From the NCBI GenBank assembly GCA_012295275.1, contig CM022670.1:40858001-40922000 (forward strand): DNA of 64,000 nucleotides. Direction: 5' to 3'. Source of the DNA: Chrysomallon squamiferum (lineage: Eukaryota; Animalia; Mollusca). Position 1 is the first letter of the stretch, and each line of letters begins with the position of its first letter. This document shows, piece by piece, positions 55,342-64,000 of the stretch. The notes under the pieces are model-generated. The model was not told the DNA's origin, did no database searches, and saw nothing but the letters and a program-made list of their open reading frames with translations. The position numbers were made by a program, and so were the translations under genes.

Positions 55342-56614
55342 ATAGAATAAACGAAAATATTTCTTGAAATGTGAGGTTCAGTGACCTCAGCTGAAGCTGA
55401 GGTGAGAAAATTACCTGAGGAGTTAATAACGTGTTGACTGTTTTTCTCATTAGCTGATTGTCCCATTTGCTTCTGCAGCCCACTCAACATCGTCACATCA
55501 AACAGTAATACCTCTAGTAACAACACACTAGTGGTATTACCTTCCACATAGGTACAGCTACTTCTACTAATACTACTAATATTAATACTACTTTTACTAA
55601 TCTTACTTTTATTATTACTAGTACTAGTAGTGCTACGACTATTACTACCACTATTACTACTATTGCAGTGGCTGTTACTTCTGCTACAACCACTACTTCT
55701 ACATATAATGTTACTAGTACATTATGATAGTTACTTTTATTACTACTACTACTACTACTAATACTAATTTTGCTGCTGCTGCTGATAATACTACTACTAT
55801 TACACAGTTACAGTAAACACTAAGCTTACTACTATTACTATAATTCTTACAATGACAGTTAATAATAAATATTACAACCACTACTACCACTACCACTACT
55901 ACTACTACTACTATAAACACACCCCATAACGTTCTTGAATATACAACATTCATCACATCAACATACGACAAACACTGCAACCACTGCTAACTGTTTCAGC
56001 TGTTTACTTTATTTAATTATTTAACGTTTCATTCTTTCCGTGTCATTAATCCGTCACTTCGAAGGGTTGTTTTTTCTTTCATTGTAGTTTTAATTACTGT
56101 TCGGCTGGTCTTTATTTCAGCTTTACGGGCTAAACTGCGGTACACACATTTTTTTGATTAAATTGACAATAATATTTCATTACCGTAGCAGTTATACTAT
56201 TCAACACCTCTGTCTGACGTCAGCAGAAATATACATTGTTTGTATACATTTGTTCTAACTGATGACTCGGTGCTTCGTGTTTACCTTGTTTGTATCAATA
56301 TTTCTTCTTAATGAAGGAATCATTGAATAAATATTTGTTTAACGAAACGCTTTTTAGTATTAATTATTATTAGATATTGAACCAGAGAGTTTTGGGGATT
56401 ATTATTATTATTATTATTATTGTTGTTATTGTTGTTATTGTTATTGTTATTGTTATTGTTATTATTATTATTATTATTATTATTGCTATGGTAATTACTA
56501 TTACTACTACTACTCATTATTATTACTTATTATTTATTTATTTACTTACTTACTTACTTAATTACTTAACATTATTGTTACAATTATTATTATAATTATT
56601 ATTTAATTTTGTGC

Positions 56615-56669
<55 letters not shown>

Positions 56670-58005
56670 TTTATATAATTTTTTTTATGAATTAAGGACT
56701 TCGATATTCAGTTAGCAGAAAGGTTTATTTAAAAACGAATTTTAACATTATATAAAATCTCAGATAGTACTTTTTAATTCCCAAGTCGTGTTTGGAATAA
56801 GAAATATTCCTAATCTGCCTTCAAGAAGGATTGAACCCGAAGCCAGCCACTGCTCTCTCTCTCTCTAACCACTGTGATCTCCCCTCGGATCAATACACCG
56901 TTATTCGTAAACGTGATGAAATGTAAAACTGTTTGTTTATGTTTTTCCACGCTTCTGTTTGTCACAATGAAGCCGATTAGATAGCAGGGTAATAGAAAGC
57001 TAGCATTAACTTTGGTGTTTTCGTTTAGCAGGTAATGCGAGAAATACAAACACTTTGAATTTCACGTTCAGCAGTCAGTAATGTTAAACTTGACTCCTTG
57101 AATTCGAGTCGCTGTTTTTGTTGAGGGTTTTTTTTTTTCTGTTTGTTTCTTGTTGTGGGTTTTGTTTTTATTTTTTTATTTTTTATTACTGACTTTTTAA
57201 AATCTTTTGTTTTCTTCTTCTTCTACTTCTTTTTTTTTTTTTTTTTTTTTGATCTTTTTTGTTCTGTTTTGTTTATAGTTGATTTCCTTTTCATGTTTTT
57301 ATGTTATTTATTTATTTATTTATTTGTTTATTTATTTGTTTGTTTATTTATTTATTTATATGTTTGTTTATTTATTTATTTATTACTGCCTTTTTAAACA
57401 CAGTACTAAATCTGAAATATCCAAAACAAACACATATTCCTATTACATAAAATTATTTATTTGTTAAAAACAATGTTCTTTTCGGGTTATTTATATATTT
57501 ATTTATCTATCTATCTATTATTTCATTTATTGTCTTGTGTATCTCACATTAGACAATAACAATCTCCTGACATAATTCAACAGCTTATTTATCAAATTTC
57601 ACAATTAATCATTTAAATTGCTTTCGATTGCAACCGCTGTTTCCCTCTTTTCATTTCACGGTTCAGTTACGTCATAGCTTCACGCTCGCCTGCACACTGA
57701 GATATCCATCGCCAATAAATTTATTTTATTTTTTTTTGTTTATTTTTTCACAACTGTTTCTATTCATCGATTTCTGTTCCTTTTTCTTCATGGGGTTTCT
57801 TTTTCCTTTCAGTGTAATGTTGATGTCAGATACACCTACCCCCCCCTCTCTCTCTCTCTCTCTGTTTCTGTCTCTCTGTCTCTATCCCCCTCTCTCTCTC
57901 TATCTTTTTCTCTGTCTCTCTCTGTCTCTCTATCCCTCTCTCTCTCTGTCTGTCTGTCTCTCTCTCCTCTCTCTCTGTCTCTCTCTCTGTCTGTCTCTCT
58001 CTCGA

Positions 58006-58076
<71 letters not shown>

Positions 58077-58299
58077 CTGTCTCTCCACTATTATTAGACG
58101 TTCACTATAAAGGACTGTGAGTTCAGTTACTTGGGTTAATGATTGTTAAAACGCATGTTATTGATCTGTCCTGTCATCTCATTCCTCTTCCACGCAGTTT
58201 TATGTTGCTGCAAACTGTCAGCGAGTCTTTTCAGATATTTTCACGATCGTCTTTATACTCTGACATCTCATTTACAGTTTCCTGAGACTATTACCTAGT

Positions 58300-58601
58300 A
58301 GGAGTTCTAGTGGCAGTAGTAGTTAGAGTAGTAGACTGGTAGTAGTAATACTAGTAGTATTGATGGTAGTGAAATAGTAGTGATATTAGTAACACTAGTA
58401 GTAATATAAGCGATAGTAATAGTCATATTAGTAATAATAGTAGTACAGCAGTAGCAGAGATAGTGATAGTAGTATTGATATACTAATACTAGTAGTTACA
58501 GCAGTAGTAGCAGTAGTAGTAACAGTAGTAGTAGTAGTAGTAGTAGCAGTAGTAGTAACAGTAGTAGTAACAGTAGTAGTAGTAGTAGTAGTAGTAGTAA
58601 C

Positions 58602-58644
<43 letters not shown>

Positions 58645-58645
58645 A
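58300..58645. repeat. (AGT)n-based low-complexity tract; similar tracts at ~14000-14310, 33880-34100, 35440-35910, 55560-55915
   Basis: Direct inspection. Confidence 0.9.
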
Positions 58646-59479
58646 CAGAAATTGTTGAGACAGTTAGACAGAGGGAGGGAAGAACGGACGTGTGTGTAAT
58701 ACTGATGGAAGAATGAATCGATGAATCGATGAACAGACGGATGGATATTCAGAAAATTTCTAGGTGGCAGTCATAAATTACATTAATAAAAAACAACAAT
58801 TATTAACACTAACTGTCAATAAACTCTGTGAGGTGTGCTATGCAGGTTCAGTCTGAAGAGCTTTCTTACGCAGACAGTGCGGGTTTAAAAGAAAAGCGAG
58901 GGAGACACGTGTGTGGTTCGTCCACTAATTCTAATTGATTCTAATTACTTCACAGCCAGAGATTCCTGACGTGAAGCTGGTAACTGACTTGACTTTCGCT
59001 TCCAGCCTAGCTGGACACACTGGACACACTGACCCCGAAAAGCGAATCCGAAATATTCACGTCATGGGACGGACGCAGTGTTTGACCTACTTCCTGCAGT
59101 AATTAGGTCACTCGCTGACAGCCAAAAGGGTTAACAGCTGTGGCAAGGAAAAGAAGATGTGATGATAGGAAATATGTAATTACAATAAAAAAAAAACTGA
59201 TAATTGTACAGTGCTACAGTGTGGTTTTGATTTCCATTTGAGAAGATATCTCTGAACTAACTTTCTGATTATTTTATGTGAAATCTCACGGGTGTATGAA
59301 AGAAGTAGGGCAAAAGTAATGGGAAGATGTTTCAGTTATTAAACAGAAAGGGAGATTCGTACTGAACAGTGACGTTCCTTGTGGAATGTCCTAACCCAGC
59401 TCCGTCATTACGAGAAATACGAGCTTACCATTATCATCCGCAGAGACTGTCTTCTGTGTGTAATTTCCACCGAATTGTA

Positions 59480-60120
59480 CAGTCAACGTAATAATAACAT
59501 CCATCAGCTTGTAGTTACGATAATAACAGCTAACAGAATAAAAGCCATCAGCTGACAGTCAAAATAATAATAATTAAGCGTAGGTTAAAATAACACGCGT
59601 CAGTTGTAGGTCAAAATAATAACACAAGCTGTAAGTCAAAATAATAACTATCAAACGTAAGTCAAAATAGTAACTATCAAACGTAAGTCAAAATAAAAAC
59701 TATCAAATGTAAGTCAAAATAATAAACACAAGCTGTAAATAAAATAAAAATATTCAACTCTAAATTAAAAACAAAAACAAGAATCTTTTAACTCAATAAT
59801 ATCTAAGAAAAAAAATAAAGACTATTAACTTTAATTCAAAGTAAAACATTTTAAAAAAAAAAAAAAACCGTTAAAATAAGACAAAAAAACAAAAAATTAA
59901 GTTTAAGTCAAAATAACAACAATTAATTTTAAATCAAAATAATAAAAGTTAACTTTAAGTCAAAAAAAAAAAAAAAAAAAAAAACACCCAATAAATAAAT
60001 AAAAATAAAAATTTATAAAAAAAAAAACTTTAAATCTAAATAATAACGATTATCTTTAAATCAAAATAATTCCTCTTAACCTAATGTCAAAATAATTACT
60101 CTTAACTTTGACTCAAAAAA
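59480..60120. repeat. Degenerate ~22-24-bp AT-rich tandem repeat (GTAAGTCAAAATAATAAC...)
   Basis: Repeated AGTCAAAATAATAAC motif, decaying into A-rich sequence. Confidence 0.7.
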
Positions 60121-60552
60121 TCCTGGCGTCTTGCAGTCGAATTTTATTCTTTAATGACTGAAGCCTTTCCTTAACCTCCCGCCTAGGCAGCCCACTCGCC
60201 AGCAAAGCCAGTTTGATAGCGAAAGTCTTTTAAACTGTGATTTGTAGCCAGCAGTAACTCGCAGACCTCATTATTTTGGCCCACAAAAGAACACCCAGTG
60301 ATACTGCAGGTCCAGAAATATTTTATTAAATATGGATGTGTCTGGCAGTAAAATGAACGTGAAGCGATGGAGAATGAAAGAAATATTTCATGTTTCCTCT
60401 GATACGTGGCATAATCACACTTTACTCTTTGACATTCTGAAGACAGAATCATGGCCGTTGTTAAATTGATTTTTTTTTATTACATGTGACAGAACGAAAG
60501 AAAGAGACTGGTTTATGATCAGTTTATCTCTATATATCTCTTTCTCTTTCTC

Positions 60553-60634
<82 letters not shown>

Positions 60635-60657
60635 ATCCCCCCTCTCTGTATCTTTTT

Positions 60658-60692
<35 letters not shown>

Positions 60693-62199
60693 GTTTACTG
60701 ATAGAGAAAAAACTTGTTGTAATTAGCGGTAATGACACATTGTAATAAGTTCCTGTTTTCACTCATTAACACAAACAGAAGTCTCCGGGGAATCACAAAT
60801 GTAGAAATGTCGTGTGTTACAGCAAAACTCACATGAAATTATTATTTACGTTTTAGTACACGCAGTGACAGACGAACATGCATGCAGACTGACTCCCTTA
60901 CGGGTGGTCTGGAGTAGAGGGCATTATTCACTGTATTTGTATGCGTGTGTGCGTGAGAGTGTATGTGTATTTGTGGGATTGTTTGTGTGTGTATGGGTGT
61001 ATATACAGTTTGTGTAGAAACGTATATTTGTAAATTTTCAACTGTTTCAGTTTATTAATATTGTGATTAAGTTATATCTATACGTATGAGTACATCGCCA
61101 AATCTGTGTGGGGTTGGGGGCGGAGGTTGTGCGTGGTTTACGCATAAATGCGCGCGTTTGTACGTGTTTGCGCATTTGTATTAGGACAAAGAACTGGTAC
61201 TGAAAGGGGGCGTAGAATGCAAGTGATTAACACAAGAAACCATGTAAGAAGAATCCGTTGAAAATCCGAGAATCTTTTTATACTTATTACACAAGTTTTT
61301 GTTTTATTTTATCATTTAAAATATTAGATTGCAGAATATGGGTTTCCTTTAATTTCAGTTTTAGCTCATTTTAATTTAATTTTCACTGAACTTACGTCGA
61401 ATTTATCAATCTCCAGATGTTCTGGAAACTGGACGTTGGTTTATTAGAAGTAATTATCTAACTAATTAACGGATTAACTGATTAACTGATTAATTAATAC
61501 TAATTAAATAAGCCAATAAAAAACAACAAATTAATAATAACAAAAAGAAATTATAAAATAAATAATAAAAATAAACAAAAAACAGAAACGAATAAACAAA
61601 CATACGAACAAATAAACAAATAAATGAATGAATAAGCAAGCAGACCAACACCATAATAAATAAATAAATAAATAAAAATAAAAATAAATAACAAATGAAA
61701 AAGAAATAAATCTCTAGTTATCAGATTACTGACTCTGATACTTCGGAGTCAACTAAATAATTTAAAAAAGATATTATTCACACCGTATGTAAACAAAACA
61801 CAGGCAACCTCACTCTGAATGAAAAACCAACAAAATACCCATAATTCCCTACAGTTCTTCCGTCACATGCGCGTTGATTCTTGTTGTCTGCTGCGACTGA
61901 TTTGCATAAATGATTGAACACTGGTTTCGCTTTCACTTCCAGCGGGAGTGTCCAGTGAATGATTAATTGCTTTTTTATATCATTTTATTTATTATTTAGT
62001 TTTTACGTTTTGTGGTCGTTGATGTTATTGTTACTTTCATTATCATTATTATTATTGTTATTATTATTTTTTTTTTTATCTTATTTTGTTTGTAATATTA
62101 TTATTAGTAGTATTGTTGTTGTTGTTGTTGTTGTTATTACTATTATTGTTATTATTATTATATTATTATTATCATCATTTTTATCTTATGTTGTTGATA

Positions 62200-62240
<41 letters not shown>

Positions 62241-62527
62241 TTTTTTATTTTTATTTTTTTATTTTTTATTTTTTTTTATTTTTTTTAAACATAACAAGAA
62301 AACAAAGGGATTAGGTTTCAGCTCTAATCAGTTTCTTCTATTTGGTTTATCATAATGAATGAACGTCTGCAGTTATCTGTCACACATTTGTCATTATTAT
62401 TATTTAAAAAAAAAAAAAGTTACATAATTTACACAAGAACCCAGTCGTACCAGTGCACGAAATCTTGTTACGAGTCTAAAACGTAACCTGTCTGCAGCAG
62501 AGAACAGTTCAAATACTGATGACGTGT

Positions 62528-62580
62528 GGGCGGCTTGATCACGTGGTATAAAACAGGAAATCCAGTCACGTGATCAAAGC
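62528..62580 (+). promoter_or_regulatory. GC-box plus inverted twin E-boxes flanking TATAAAA
   Basis: GGGCGG 62528; TTGATCACGTG 62535-45; TATAAAA 62547-53; CACGTGATCAA 62567-77. Confidence 0.35.
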
Positions 62581-63383
62581 TGTTAAAACACGTCACGTTA
62601 GATCGGAGTTCGTGATTTTCGAGTTTTTGTTAGAATGTACTTCGGCGTCAGTGAGACGTGAAATAACATTTTTGTGTCATTTTTTCTCTCGTTTAGTCAC
62701 CGAAAGTGAAAAACAAACACGACTTGATAACGTTTGAGGAAAATGTAATCAAAATGAAAGAAGAAGAAGAAAAAAAAAATGGTAAATTGTAGTTCTGAAG
62801 AAATAATAGTGATTTTAGAAAGAAAGAATGAATTAATGATAGAAAGAAAAAAGAAGGAAAGAAAGAAAGAAAGAAAACAAAGAAAGAAAAGATAAGAAAC
62901 GAAAAAGAAAAATCTGCGTATTTTGGGTCATAGAAAAATGAGTAGTGTTGGAAACGTTTAATTTTTTTTTTTTTTTTTTTTTTTTTTTCCTGGAGACAAA
63001 GTTTCATTACTTTATAAAGATAAAAACTTGTGATAACAAAACTTCTTCATCTTGATAAACTCAGTCACAACCTCTGAGAGTCGCTTTTATATTTGATCCA
63101 CAACACAATCTACTTTACACTTTCTGAACGTTTTTCTTATGTGCGTATGTATATCTGTGTGTGACTGTGTGTGAGTGTGTGTGTGTGTAACGGTTTGACA
63201 TTTTGAGAAATGTTTGAAAGTACGTAATACATCATTTTAGTGTAAGTTAAAGTAAGTATAACCTTATATATGTGTCTAAAAATGGACCATAATGATGAAC
63301 ATCTCTGCAAAAAGTATTTAAAGCTTTTAAGCAATGAAAAATGTCTATAGTTCAGTCCATATAAAAGCATCACATAAAATATG

Positions 63384-63435
<52 letters not shown>

Positions 63436-64000
63436 TGTCATTGTGTGTGATTTAAAAACACTAAGATTAATTTTACATCAAATAGGATATTTGTCAGTTA
63501 CATGACAGTTTAAAATCCTGAAATTGGTTTTGTTTTTTCTTTCTTTCTTTCATTCTTTTGTATTTATTATTATTATTTTTTATATTATTTTTCTGGCTCA
63601 TATGATTTTTATAAAAATAATGTCACCTGCCATTTAAATAACCCAAAATAACACAGAAATGGTTGCCATGAAACACCGATAATTCCAATACAATGGAAGG
63701 ACTAGTTTTTTTTAGAAATACAAATAAAAATATTTTTATGCTATATAAATATTTACGTTTCTGACAAATTTAATAGCAAATCTGAATCAATTTTATTCGT
63801 GTATAAATATTCGTGATAAAATATTTGATCGTAACAAAGTTAATATTTACTTTTTGGGCAGTTCGCAGCCTATTTTTGATCTGTAAATACGGTTACGAAA
63901 CTTACAAAGTTGTGAACAATTCAACTTTTGTAAATATTTCATAATTACTTTTCATTTAAAGTTACTAAAATGGCGATTGTTTCCAGTTCTTTCTAAACAG

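Overview
AT-rich, microsatellite-dense animal genomic DNA with spliceosomal GT-AG introns; an invertebrate, probably a mollusc or other lophotrochozoan (inferred from gene content and repeat style). Four protein-coding loci can be spliced by hand. (1) A 3-exon claudin/PMP22-EMP-type tetraspan membrane protein (+, 8262-16210, 184 aa). (2) A 7-exon R3HDM4 orthologue (-, 27040-20589, 281 aa) with a decayed, TIR-bounded Tc1 (DD34E) transposon in intron 3. (3) A 5-exon secreted or membrane-anchored Reeler-domain protein (+, 32509-36318). Its Reeler domain is split by a ~180-aa insert bracketed by furin-type sites, it has a mucin-like stalk, and its last exon needs a one-base shift at an A10 run. 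(4) The first coding exon (TM1-TM3) of an allatotropin/orexin-type GPCR (+, 45448-45771), followed by more than 18 kb of intron. Also present: an inverted copy of an R3HDM4 intron/exon junction upstream of the gene, a CpG-poor domain matching R3HDM4, and minisatellites with 28, 30, 39/78, 44 and 110 bp units. Most ORFs in the supplied track are microsatellite artefacts. No rRNA, tRNA or CRISPR was recognised. All calls are by eye, without database searches.
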